Positions 1 through 9,006 of a DNA stretch of 62,000 nt are shown here, one piece after another. The DNA is from Hyalangium minutum (GTDB lineage Bacteria; Myxococcota; Myxococcia; Myxococcales; Myxococcaceae). The DNA lies in contig NZ_JMCB01000001.1 of assembly GCF_000737315.1 (NCBI RefSeq), positions 82,001-144,000 of the forward strand, in the 5' to 3' direction. A model generated the notes under the pieces. It was not told the DNA's origin and did no database searches. It worked only from the letters and a program-made list of their open reading frames with translations. A program made the position numbers and the translations under genes. The stretch's first letter is position 1. Each line of letters starts with the position of its first letter.

Positions 1-278
1 GTGCCGCCCGTGCCGCTGCTGGCCCACAGCTCGCGTCCGTGAATGCCGTCATCCGCGGTGAAGAAGAGGAGGCGGTTACTGTTGACCAGTTCTTGCGGAT
101 CAGAGCCGTCGGGGCCGGGACGGATATCCGCCAGCCGCTTGGCGGTGTCGCCACAGGGCTCCGAAGAGCTGGCGAGTGCCACAGCCTCGGTATCCGCGGA
201 CGGGCCAGGATCCTCGAGGGGCTCCTGCGCAGAGGATACACAAGCCAAGAGCAGCGGAAGCAAGTGCCAGGGTTTCAC
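1..278 (-). CDS. ELWxxDGT-repeat-like secreted/lipoprotein, N-terminal part (runs off the window start)
   Basis: Manual translation from GTG at 278 (RBS AAGGAG upstream): MKPWHLLPLLLACVSSAQEP...LADIRPGPDGSDPQELVNSNRLLFFTADDGIHGRELWASSGTGG. It has a signal peptide with LLAC lipobox and the typical DIxPG..S.P..L....LFF.ADDG.HGRELW repeat. Not in the ORF track because there is no stop in the window. Confidence 0.75.
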   Translation of the reverse strand, partial: MKPWHLLPLLLACVSSAQEPLEDPGPSADTEAVALASSSEPCGDTAKRLADIRPGPDGSDPQELVNSNRLLFFTADDGIHGRELWASSGTGG

Positions 279-451
279 GGACGTCTCCTTTGCGAGCCTG
301 CCGGCCAAGCCGCGCCGAGCGCGCAGTCTGGTGCATGCCCACCTGGCGCATGAATGGCGCACCAGTGCGAGGGCACAGCCTCCGAGACGACAGCATGTCC
401 CTGCCAGCACGGGAGTGAACCTGGCCCTTGGCCTCGAGGACACCCAGCACC

Positions 452-961
452 TCACCCTCCAGCGGTGAGGGCTCCTTCGAACTCCAGCAGCCACTTTTTC
501 GTGGGCAGCCCTCCGCCGAAGCCGGTGAGCGCTCCGTTGGAGCCGATCACCCGATGGCATGGCACGATGATCGGCAGAGGGTTCTGGCCATTGGCGAGGC
601 CCACCGCGCGCACAGCCGTCGGCCGGCCGATGCGGCTCGCGATGTGGGCATAGGTGACGGTCTGGCCGAAGGGGATGCGGCTCAGGGCCTGCCACACCTG
701 CTGCTGGAACTCCGTGCCGCTCGGGGCGAGCTTCACGCCCTCGAAGGCCATCCGTTTCCCGGCGAAGTACTCCTGGAGCGCTGTGCTCGCGTCCGCGAGG
801 TGAGCGCGGGCGAGCGCCGTTCCCTGTGCCACCGGCAGATCCTGCTCGTCAATGGGGAACAGCACGGCGACGAGGCCCTCCTCGTTCGCGGCGAGCCTCA
901 GCTCTCCGATGGGTGTCTTCAGGCGCTTCGTGGCCATCGCGTCGGTCATGCGGATCTTCAT
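452..961 (-). CDS. ogt: Methylated-DNA--protein-cysteine methyltransferase (Ogt/MGMT family)
   Basis: GTEFQQQVWQALSRIPFGQTVTY and NPLPIIVPCHRVIG (PCHR active site). Start moved to ATG 961 (MKIRM..., RBS GGAGG); the ORF-track extension to 1201 overlaps alkA. Confidence 0.93.
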   Translation of the reverse strand: MKIRMTDAMATKRLKTPIGELRLAANEEGLVAVLFPIDEQDLPVAQGTALARAHLADASTALQEYFAGKRMAFEGVKLAPSGTEFQQQVWQALSRIPFGQTVTYAHIASRIGRPTAVRAVGLANGQNPLPIIVPCHRVIGSNGALTGFGGGLPTKKWLLEFEGALTAGG

Positions 962-977
962 GGTGGGTCCTCCCAAA

Positions 978-2462
978 TCAGGCTGCGGAGCTCGAGGTCC
1001 GCTCGAGCATCGGCTCCGTCCACAGCAACAGCGCCGCGTAGCCGCGCCAGGGCCGCCACGCCTCCGCCATCCGTTCGAGCGCCCGAGGTGCAATGGGCAC
1101 TCCACCGCCCGCCACCTTGCGCAGGCCGAGGTCCGCCGAGGGAAAGGCATCCGGTTCGCCCAGGGCGCGCAGGGCCACGTAGTGAGCCGTCCACTCGCCA
1201 ATTCCTGGCAGTGTCACGAGCCTCGCGACGCTCTCTTCCAGGCTTACGCTTGGCTTCAGCTCGCAGGCTCCCGAAGCACATGCCGCAGCCAGCCCCTTCA
1301 AGGCCTGCTCTCGCCCCGTCGTGAGCCCAAGCCCTGACAGGTCCGCGCGGGCCAGTTCCTCGGGAGATGGGAAGAGATGGGTGAGGCCGTTCCTCGGCGA
1401 GGGGAGCGGCGTGCCGCTGCGCTGGACCACGCGCCCCGCCAACGTCGTGGCCCCCTTCACGGAGACCTGCTGGCCCAGCACGGCCCGGATCGCCAGCTCG
1501 AAGGGCTCGAATGCTCCTGGGACGCGCAGCCCTCGCGCCTGCGCAAGCCGAGGCCCGACGATCGGATCGTCTCCGAGCGCCGCTGTGATTGCCGCCGGAT
1601 CCGCGTCCAGGTCGAACAGCCGGCGCACACGCGCCACGATCTGCCGCACGGGCAGCGCGCCGGCCCCGTCGATCCGGACTGACAGCGCGTGCCGATCCGG
1701 CTGATGGGTGACCTCGATCGTGCCGGTGCTGCCACCGAGCCGGTAGGTCCGGCGGTACGTCTCCGCGTCCACCTGCTCAACGCCCGGAATCGCCCGCCCT
1801 GCTAGGTAGGCAAGGACTCGGGCCCAGTCGAAGGGCGGACGGTAGCCGAGCCTCAAAGAGATGGCCGCAGCCGCTGGGGTACCGCTGGCCTTGGAAGCCC
1901 GGCGGAGCTCGCTGGGGTTGCGGCGGTAGACGGTCCGCACGGCGTCATTGAAGCGGCGGAGGCTCTGGAAACCCGCAGCCGCCGCAATCTCGCTGAAGGG
2001 TAGCTCTGTCTCGGTAATGAGCTGCTTGGCCAGTAACAGGCGCCGGTTGCCCGCCACCGCCTGGGGGCTCGCACCCAGGTGCTTCACAAACAGCCGGTGG
2101 AGCTGCCGGGCGCCGATGCCCACCCGTGCGGCGAGCTGCTCGACCGAGCCCTCGTCGAGCGCTCCCTCTTCGATCATCCTCAGGGCCCGCGCCACGCTGG
2201 CCTCGGTTCCCGCCCAGGCGGGGGTGCCAGGGGCCGTCTCCGGGCGGCAGCGCAGGCAAGAGCGGTAGCCGAGGGCCTCAGCTGCAGCGGCGCTTGGGAC
2301 GAAGAAGCAGTTCTCCCGCTTTGGCGTCCGGGCCGGGCACACCGGGCGGCAGTAGATCCGCGTGGTCTTGACGCAGACAAAGAAGCGCCCGTCGAACCGA
2401 GCGTCACGCCCACAGAGCGCGCGGTAACAGAGGTCCTGGTCAAGGAGGTCGTCAGCGGCCAT
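978..2462 (-). CDS. alkA: Ada-AlkA fusion: Ada Zn-binding domain + AraC HTH + AlkA DNA-3-methyladenine glycosylase II
   Basis: N-terminal RDARFDGRFF..VKTT.IYCRPVC...CLRCRP (Ada Zn ligands), AraC HTH, AlkA_N (LRLGYRPPFDW), HhH LPGIGEWTA, catalytic DAFPSADLGL, C-terminal WRPWRGYA. Confidence 0.93.
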   Translation of the reverse strand: MAADDLLDQDLCYRALCGRDARFDGRFFVCVKTTRIYCRPVCPARTPKRENCFFVPSAAAAEALGYRSCLRCRPETAPGTPAWAGTEASVARALRMIEEGALDEGSVEQLAARVGIGARQLHRLFVKHLGASPQAVAGNRRLLLAKQLITETELPFSEIAAAAGFQSLRRFNDAVRTVYRRNPSELRRASKASGTPAAAAISLRLGYRPPFDWARVLAYLAGRAIPGVEQVDAETYRRTYRLGGSTGTIEVTHQPDRHALSVRIDGAGALPVRQIVARVRRLFDLDADPAAITAALGDDPIVGPRLAQARGLRVPGAFEPFELAIRAVLGQQVSVKGATTLAGRVVQRSGTPLPSPRNGLTHLFPSPEELARADLSGLGLTTGREQALKGLAAACASGACELKPSVSLEESVARLVTLPGIGEWTAHYVALRALGEPDAFPSADLGLRKVAGGGVPIAPRALERMAEAWRPWRGYAALLLWTEPMLERTSSSAA

Positions 2463-2534
2463 GGGGTGCAGATATCGCGTCCCTGCCCCGGGCGCTCGCC
2501 AGAATCGGACGTGACGGTATGGGTAGGATTCGGA

Positions 2535-3668
2535 CTACTGGGCGAGGTATGCGTCCAGCTCATCCCGGAAATAGCGCAGCCCCTGCTCGAAGCGCGCAAG
2601 CCGCATGAACTCGTTCGCCCCCGAGCTCAGCCCGGCCTGGATGGACTCGCCCATCGTCATGTCCTCCATCACCGCGCCCACCAGGATGTCCATGTTCTTC
2701 TGCCAGTAGCGCGCCGCCTTCTCCGTCTCCGGCCGCTGCGGCAGCAGCCAGAACGTCCGGTACTCCGTCCGGTCTGGCCCCAGCGGATGCACCGTGCTGA
2801 TCGACACGTGATCCGGCTGGATCAGCAGCAGCACGTTCGGGAAGAGCTGGAACAGCACGTTGGCGTGCTTGCGCAGCTCCCACCCCTGCTCCGGCGCCCC
2901 CGCCAGCTCCTGGATGGTCCGCTTGGGGAAGATGCAGCGGATGTGCGGCGGCAGCCGATCCACCAGCCCCACGTTGTTGAAGAAGATCGGGTAGATGGAC
3001 TCCCGATGCGCGTACTTGAGGTGGTACGCCTCCAGGAAGATCTCGATCGCGATCTTCCAGTTGAGCCGCTTCTCGAAGCGATGGATCTGGTGCGCCACGT
3101 GCCGCTCCAGCCCGAAGCCCGCCAGTTCGCCCAGCACCGGGCCGAGGAAGGAGTCCACGTCTGGCCCGCCGGGCTCCAGCGTTACCCACAGCAAGCCCAG
3201 CCGCTCCACCATCGGCACCCGGACCAGGCCCACCGTCTCCGAAGGCCGGCTCGGGAACCCCACTTCGTCCGGAACTCCGCGCAGCCGCCCGGAGGAGTCA
3301 TAAGTCCAGCCATGGTACGGGCACACGAAGGCCTGCTTGTGCCGCCCCTGCTCCTCCCGCACCAGCCGCGTGCCCCGGTGGCGACAGACATTCAGGAAGC
3401 ACGTCAGCTCGCCCGAGGCCGTCCGGCACAACAGCAGCGGCGTCCCCGTCGCGTCATGCGTCAGGTAGTCGCCGGGCTCGGCCAGCTGGGACGCGTGGCC
3501 CACGAGCAGCGGCAGCTTGCGAAACAGCCGCCGCTCCGCCTCGTAGCGCTCCGGCTGGAGGTACGGCGCAACGGGCAGCCGCGACTCCTCCTCCACCATG
3601 TGCGTGGTGCCCGTGCGCAAGTGCTCCAGCACCCGGTGGATCAGCTCAACCTGCTTCGCGTGCTCCAC
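2535..3668 (-). CDS. Rieske non-heme iron oxygenase alpha subunit (aromatic ring-hydroxylating family)
   Basis: CRHRG...CPYHGW Rieske motif; mononuclear iron ligands E.YH....H and a C-terminal ED; GTG start with GGAGG RBS. Confidence 0.9.
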   Translation of the reverse strand: MEHAKQVELIHRVLEHLRTGTTHMVEEESRLPVAPYLQPERYEAERRLFRKLPLLVGHASQLAEPGDYLTHDATGTPLLLCRTASGELTCFLNVCRHRGTRLVREEQGRHKQAFVCPYHGWTYDSSGRLRGVPDEVGFPSRPSETVGLVRVPMVERLGLLWVTLEPGGPDVDSFLGPVLGELAGFGLERHVAHQIHRFEKRLNWKIAIEIFLEAYHLKYAHRESIYPIFFNNVGLVDRLPPHIRCIFPKRTIQELAGAPEQGWELRKHANVLFQLFPNVLLLIQPDHVSISTVHPLGPDRTEYRTFWLLPQRPETEKAARYWQKNMDILVGAVMEDMTMGESIQAGLSSGANEFMRLARFEQGLRYFRDELDAYLAQ

Positions 3669-3710
3669 GGCGATCCTCCGGGCCAGGCCTGGCGGCGTGC
3701 GGCCGGAAGC

Positions 3711-4127
3711 TTACCCCCAGGGCCGCAGGATCAGCAGGTAGATCGGGAGCGCGGCCTCGAGGGCGTAGGTCGACAGCGCGCCCGGAATCTGGATGGCGGA
3801 TGAGCCCTTGATCAGCCCCACCGCGTGAAGGATGCGCGACACGACCAGCGCGCCCCCAAAGATGTGGAGCAGTGTCGAGGAGCCGCCACACAGCTCGGCC
3901 GCCAGCAGCAGGATGAGGAGCAGCGGCACGTGCTCCACGCTGTTGCCATGCGCACGGATCGCGCCGATCAGCTCGGCATGTCCCCCATCGCCTCGGAACG
4001 TGTTGTACTTGCCGCGCAGCCGGCTCACGTTGAGCCCCAGCCCCAAGAGCAGCAGAGAGCTCAGGGCTCCGTAGAGCGCTGTCACCGGGACCGCCACCAG
4101 CGCCGTCCCCAAAAGCGGATTGGCCAT
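3711..4127 (-). CDS. MAPEG family membrane protein
   Basis: Four hydrophobic segments, RAHGNSVEHVP motif and ..SRILHAVG. ATG 4127 with GAGG RBS. Confidence 0.88.
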   Translation of the reverse strand: MANPLLGTALVAVPVTALYGALSSLLLLGLGLNVSRLRGKYNTFRGDGGHAELIGAIRAHGNSVEHVPLLLILLLAAELCGGSSTLLHIFGGALVVSRILHAVGLIKGSSAIQIPGALSTYALEAALPIYLLILRPWG

Positions 4128-4211
4128 TGTCTTCACCTCTTCCATCGAGTCCGGGCCGCACCATAAACGCATCCCGGACTCCTGGCAGGTTTTGACGCGG
4201 GCCCAGCCTCC

Positions 4212-7200
4212 TCACCACGGCAGGGAGAAGAAGCTCACCTCCTTCACGGGCTCCGTCGCCACGGGCCCGGGAAGCAGCATCGCGCCGTCCGTTGTCAGCA
4301 GCAGTGTGCCGCCCGGCACCGCCATCGCGTCGTTCACGTCCCGCGTGGGCAGGAGCACCGCCCGCTTGCCGCCGTCCGCGCTCACCCGAACCGAGGGCAT
4401 GCCCAGGCCGCCCACCCACACCGTGTCACCCACCGCCTTCAGCGCGCGCAGTGGCACCCACTGGCCCTCCAAGCCCTGCACCTTCGACGCCCGGCCCTCC
4501 TTCACCGCGTACACCCCGCTGGCGTACGTGCCGACCCACACCGAGTCCCCGCGCGTCAGCAGCGCCGTCACCCAACCGCCCCGGTAGCCCTCCGCCGCGC
4601 CGAGCCGCTCACCCCGCCCGCCCTCGAAGCGGTACAGCCCATCCATGCCACCGGCCCACAGCGTCCCCTCCTGCCACGCCACCGCGAAGAACTTGCCCGC
4701 ATCCACCCCGGACTGCAGGTCCACCCGCCGCACCTGCGCTCCCGCAGACACCACCAGCAGCCCGCGGCTCGTCGCCACCGCCAGGCCCTCCGGTCCCACC
4801 GCGAGATCGTGCGCGCTCGCCTCGTGGATGCGCTCCACGCGCAGCCCCTTGCCCGAGCGGCTCAGCCGCAGCAGCCCGGCCTCCGTCCCCGCCCACAGTG
4901 CCCCATCGAACGAGGCCAGCGCGTTCACCTGCGCCTCACGCACATCGAGCTCCAGCGACACCGGCTCGGCCTGGTTCCCCGCCCACCGCCACAGCCCCGA
5001 GTCGAACCCGCCCAGGTACACCTCGCCCTCGAAGCGCGCCGCCGCCATCATCGCCGCCGAGCCCGCAGGCAGGGACAGCTGCGACAGCGCCACGTAGCGA
5101 TCGCGCCCCTTCTGCAGGAAGCGTCCGCTCCCGCTCGCCACCTCCACACCTCCCGCCGCCATCGAGAGCGAGAGCACGTGCGGGTGTGCGAACTTCGTGC
5201 GCAGCGCCCGCCCGCCCGTCACCCGCCACAGCCCGTTGTAGGCCGTGCCCACCAGCACGTCGCGCCCATCGGACACCACCCCCGTCACGTACACGCTGCC
5301 CACGTCCAGCTTGCTCCGCTCCAGCTTCTCTCCTCGCAGCTCCTTCAGGCCCTCGCCCAGCACGCCCACCAGCACCGTGCCCTCCGGCAGCGTCACCAGC
5401 CCTGTCACCGGGTGGCTCGGGAACGTGCCCACCGCGTGCGCCGTGCAGCGCTCCATTTCCTTTGCACAGGACAGGGAGACCAGCTCGCCGCTCTGCGTGC
5501 CGAAGAGCGCCGCACCGCCCTCCAGCGGCAGCACCGCCGTCAGCGCCAGCGAGGTGAGCGGCGCCTCGGCGTGCGCGTAGCGAAGCTCCTTCCCGGCCAC
5601 CGTGAGCCGCACCTCTTCGCCCACCAGCCGCAGGCCCTGGCCCTCCACCGACAGCGCCGGCACCTCGCGCTGGAGCGAAGTGCGAGAGGCCACCGCCACC
5701 GCCTCGTCCTCCACCATCGCGCTCAGCGTGTGGTTCTCCCACGTGAAGGCCAGGTGCACCGTGTTGCCCGCCCGGTCCCGCGCCACCACCGTGAAGGCCG
5801 AAGGCAGCTCCGTGAGCGGCACCAGCCACTCGCCCGAGAGCGCGCTCAGCGTCCGCGTCCACGTGTTGGCGCCCTCCAACCGCACGCCGCCCAGCTCCTG
5901 CCCCGCCTCCGCCGAGGTGATGCGCAGCACTCCCCGCTCCGTGTCCGCCTCCACCGCCACCGCCGGGCCCGCGTCATCCAACCGGTACCACGCGCGCTCC
6001 TGCCTCACCCGGCCGTCCGTGTAGCGCTTGAACACCTCCACCGCGTACAGCCGATCCGTCCACCCCCGCGGCACCAGGAAGCGATCCACGAACACGCCCT
6101 CCTTCGCGTCGTACACCAGCCGCCGGGCCTCGCCGAACGGGTACCACGCCGTCACCTCCTCCAGCCCCGGCTCCACCCGCGCCGTGAGCAGCGGATCGCC
6201 CGGCTTGATCGAATCCAGGCTTAGCTCGGGCGAGGACACCTGCAGCGCCGTGAACGCCGTGGGGATCTTCTCCTTCAGGCTCGTCTCGATGATGCGCTGC
6301 TTCAGCTCCGGATCCGGCGAGCGCTTGTACGCCGCCATCCACGTCGCCAGCTGGCGCTCGAAGTAGCCGCGCCGCACCGCACGGCCCTCGGGAGACTCGG
6401 GGCTGCGCACCGTCACCGGCACCTGCCGCCCCACCTGCCGCCCCTCGATGTGCGCCGCCACCTCCAGCGGAGCCTCCGAGGTGCTGAGGAAGAACAGGCG
6501 CAGCAGGCCGCCCTCGGCCACGCGCCGGCTCGAGCTGCCCATGGGCTCCACGCCGTGCCCGTCCTGCGTCAGCGCCGTCACCTCCAGCACCGGCAGCACC
6601 AGCTCGTCCGCCTGGGCGCGCAGCTTCGCCATCGCCTCCACCTCGGGATCGAACACCCGGGCGGACAGGGGCACCTGCCCCTCCATGAACGCGCGCTCGT
6701 GCGCATCCGCCAGGAAGACGAACGAGGGCAACAGCGGGAGGATCTGCTCGAAGCCCGCGAGCTGCAGGTCCGTCACGCCCACGCAGCGCACCTCCGGCGT
6801 GCGGCAGCGCGCGTCATCCATGGCCCGCGCAAACGAGGCCCCATGCGTGGTGTGCCCCGCCGTGCCGTCCAGCAGCGCCTTCACCACCGCCGCCGCGTCC
6901 CCGCTCGCCCGCTGCTCGCGGACCGTGTCTCCCACCGCGAACACCCGCACCGGCGCCGCCGACTGGTCCTGCAGGCGATCCACCAGCGCCTCGAGCGCCG
7001 CCCGGCGACGCCGCATGGAGAACGAGGCGTCCACATACAGGCGCAACTCCTTATAAGGAGCGCGCCACTCCCCGGCGTTGTTCAGCGCCACCCTCAGCCC
7101 CACCGCGGAGCTGCCGTCCTCCAGCTTCACCGCGTCCGCGCCGTAGGACAGCGGCGCGCCCTTCTCGCTCCACCACACCTCCACCGGCTTGTCCGTGGAG

Positions 7201-7832
7201 AACACCAGCCGCGTGCCGCGCTCGGAGCGGCCGAGCTGCGCGAACCGCGCCCCTTCCACGCCCACGTCCGCCAGCGGCTCCTCCGTCTGGACGTCCACCA
7301 CCACGGACGAGGCCGCCCGCCCCTGTCCCAGGAAGCGATCCACCGCCAGCGCCACCTGGCTGCGCCCCATCTCCCGCGCCACTGGCACCCGCAGCGTCAC
7401 CTCCACCCGCTGCAGGGCGCCCTCCCTCACCGGGTACACGGAGAAGCGCTGCACGCCCGCGTCCGTCTTCAGCAGCGCCGTGGCCCGCCCCTCCCCCGCG
7501 GCCTTCTCGTGCGCGGCCTCCGCCTCGCCCTTCTCCTTCAGCTCGGCGGCCAAGAAGCGCTCGCCCTGCCAGAAGCCGAAGGACACCACCGTGGCGCCCT
7601 CGGGCAGGTGGAGCTGGTAGTCCGCCTGGCCCAGCTCCGGCCCCGCGTTGTGGAACACCTGGACGAGGCGCACCTCCGCGTCCTCCCCACGTGCGTCCAC
7701 GTACAGGGACTGGCTCACCAGCGGGAGCTGGCGTGCCTCCGTGAAGAGGCCCGCCTTCTGGTTGTCCTGTGCACGGGCGGGCAGCGAGAGAAGCAGCAGG
7801 GAGACGAGGAAGCAGCAGCGAGCGGTGGTCAT
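4212..7832 (-). CDS. Exported VIT + vWA domain protein with Ig-like segment and C-terminal beta-propeller repeats
   Basis: Signal peptide (FLVSLLLLSLPARA); VIT-like N-terminus (QVFHN...YQLHLPEGATVVSF...AELKEKGEAEAAHEKA); vWA MIDAS VDASFS; GDPLL...FPFG...RFLVP segment; DDAGP...ARDRAGN Ig-like signature; repeated VT/V.AL....G..L.VGT...GL..L propeller blades. Confidence 0.7.
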   Translation of the reverse strand: MTTARCCFLVSLLLLSLPARAQDNQKAGLFTEARQLPLVSQSLYVDARGEDAEVRLVQVFHNAGPELGQADYQLHLPEGATVVSFGFWQGERFLAAELKEKGEAEAAHEKAAGEGRATALLKTDAGVQRFSVYPVREGALQRVEVTLRVPVAREMGRSQVALAVDRFLGQGRAASSVVVDVQTEEPLADVGVEGARFAQLGRSERGTRLVFSTDKPVEVWWSEKGAPLSYGADAVKLEDGSSAVGLRVALNNAGEWRAPYKELRLYVDASFSMRRRRAALEALVDRLQDQSAAPVRVFAVGDTVREQRASGDAAAVVKALLDGTAGHTTHGASFARAMDDARCRTPEVRCVGVTDLQLAGFEQILPLLPSFVFLADAHERAFMEGQVPLSARVFDPEVEAMAKLRAQADELVLPVLEVTALTQDGHGVEPMGSSSRRVAEGGLLRLFFLSTSEAPLEVAAHIEGRQVGRQVPVTVRSPESPEGRAVRRGYFERQLATWMAAYKRSPDPELKQRIIETSLKEKIPTAFTALQVSSPELSLDSIKPGDPLLTARVEPGLEEVTAWYPFGEARRLVYDAKEGVFVDRFLVPRGWTDRLYAVEVFKRYTDGRVRQERAWYRLDDAGPAVAVEADTERGVLRITSAEAGQELGGVRLEGANTWTRTLSALSGEWLVPLTELPSAFTVVARDRAGNTVHLAFTWENHTLSAMVEDEAVAVASRTSLQREVPALSVEGQGLRLVGEEVRLTVAGKELRYAHAEAPLTSLALTAVLPLEGGAALFGTQSGELVSLSCAKEMERCTAHAVGTFPSHPVTGLVTLPEGTVLVGVLGEGLKELRGEKLERSKLDVGSVYVTGVVSDGRDVLVGTAYNGLWRVTGGRALRTKFAHPHVLSLSMAAGGVEVASGSGRFLQKGRDRYVALSQLSLPAGSAAMMAAARFEGEVYLGGFDSGLWRWAGNQAEPVSLELDVREAQVNALASFDGALWAGTEAGLLRLSRSGKGLRVERIHEASAHDLAVGPEGLAVATSRGLLVVSAGAQVRRVDLQSGVDAGKFFAVAWQEGTLWAGGMDGLYRFEGGRGERLGAAEGYRGGWVTALLTRGDSVWVGTYASGVYAVKEGRASKVQGLEGQWVPLRALKAVGDTVWVGGLGMPSVRVSADGGKRAVLLPTRDVNDAMAVPGGTLLLTTDGAMLLPGPVATEPVKEVSFFSLPW

Positions 7833-7872
7833 GGCAGTGGCTCGGTCAGGCAGGAGAGAAAGGGAGCGGACT

Positions 7873-8817
7873 TCAGAAGGTGGCGCGCAGGGGCAGCGAG
7901 GCCAACGAGCACTCGGGGAGCGCGTAGCGCTGTGTGCCCCCCGTTCCCTGGCTCAGCGAGAGCTGGAGGTGGAGCGCGTCCTCTCCCCGGCGCACCACCG
8001 GCTCCCGCGAGAGCGTGAGCCCGGGAGGCAACTCCACATCGAGGCCACAGCGCTCGGAGGCGCCACGCCCCTCGCGGAAGGGCACCACCTGGAGGCCGCC
8101 CTGGGTGACTCGCTCGACAGCGCCCAGCGGCGTCACGGTCAGCAGCGGGAGGCGCGAAGGGTCCTCGCTCTGGGAGGGCGCCAGGGCCGCCAACATCGCT
8201 CGCGCCAGCCCTTCCTCACCCGAGCGGACGCGGCCAATGTGCTGGTAGCTGCCCTCGGTGGCGTAGGCGAGCTTCCGGAAGATCTCCACACCGTCCGCGC
8301 CCAGCGAGCGGCAGCCAATCGCGTTGATGACGATGCGCTTGCCCACCGCCTCCTCGATAAGCGCCTCAGGCTTGGGCCGATCCGGATAGTCCAGATGAGG
8401 CGGCGCGTCCGCGATGATGAACACCTGGCGTTCAGTGTCCGGGCCCAGGTCCCACTTCAACTCGCGCAGCGCCGCCGTGAGGCCCGCGAGCACATCCTCG
8501 GGCGTATCTCCGCCCCCGTCCGCCGAGAGCGTGGCGAGGAACTGGTAGCTCACGTCTACGTCCTCGCTCAGCGGGGACACCCGCGTCAGGTAGGCATCGC
8601 CCTTGTCCTTGTAGGCCACCACGCCCACGCGGACGCGCTCGTTCGGACGCGCCGTGCGCAGCGCCTCCGTCAGCTCGCGGACACGCTCCTTGGCTTCGCG
8701 GATCTCCCCGGACATGGAGCCCGTGGTGTCCAGCAGGAAGACGAGTTCGAGGTGCGCCCGGGCTGAAACCGGCCAGAGCGAGAGGAGGAGCAGGAAAAGA
8801 AGGATTTGAGGGCGCAT
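7873..8817 (-). CDS. Exported vWA domain protein
   Basis: Signal peptide MRPQILLFLLLLSLWPVSARA; MIDAS LVFLLDTTGSM; VGVVAYKD; GGGDTPEDV; IADAPPH. Start placed at ATG 8817 rather than the ORF-track 8931. Confidence 0.85.
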   Translation of the reverse strand: MRPQILLFLLLLSLWPVSARAHLELVFLLDTTGSMSGEIREAKERVRELTEALRTARPNERVRVGVVAYKDKGDAYLTRVSPLSEDVDVSYQFLATLSADGGGDTPEDVLAGLTAALRELKWDLGPDTERQVFIIADAPPHLDYPDRPKPEALIEEAVGKRIVINAIGCRSLGADGVEIFRKLAYATEGSYQHIGRVRSGEEGLARAMLAALAPSQSEDPSRLPLLTVTPLGAVERVTQGGLQVVPFREGRGASERCGLDVELPPGLTLSREPVVRRGEDALHLQLSLSQGTGGTQRYALPECSLASLPLRATF

Positions 8818-8840
8818 GGACACAGGGGGCAGGTGTCCAT
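8816..8840. promoter_or_regulatory. 8-bp perfect inverted repeat ATGGACAC-N9-GTGTCCAT overlapping the vWA start codon (operator or translation-inhibiting hairpin)
   Basis: Read directly: 8816-8823 ATGGACAC, 8833-8840 GTGTCCAT. Function is inferred. Confidence 0.35.
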
Positions 8841-9006
8841 CGGCTAGAGCAGGAACTGGACCAGCGCCCCGGCGCTCGGAGACGCGCGGCTCGTGGTCCT
8901 CGGCCCACACACGCCGTGTCGGGGTGCCCACACGTCCAAGGAGTGCATTTGTGTGTCAGCGCCGCTTGACAGTGTGGATCCCCTCACCTGAGCATCCGAG
9001 ACACCC

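Noticed and set aside
2079-3803. 574-aa plus-strand ORF, and other plus-strand ORFs between 428 and 8766
   Set aside because: Antisense to well-supported minus-strand genes; Arg/Pro/Ala-rich nonsense composition.
8954-8971. TGTCA-N8-TGACA palindrome upstream of DUF2378 as an MrpC/CRP-type site
   Set aside because: The spacing is TGTC-N10-GACA, not the TGTY-N8-RAC expected for MrpC. The 5-bp arms are short enough to be chance, and no -10 fits the TTGACA.
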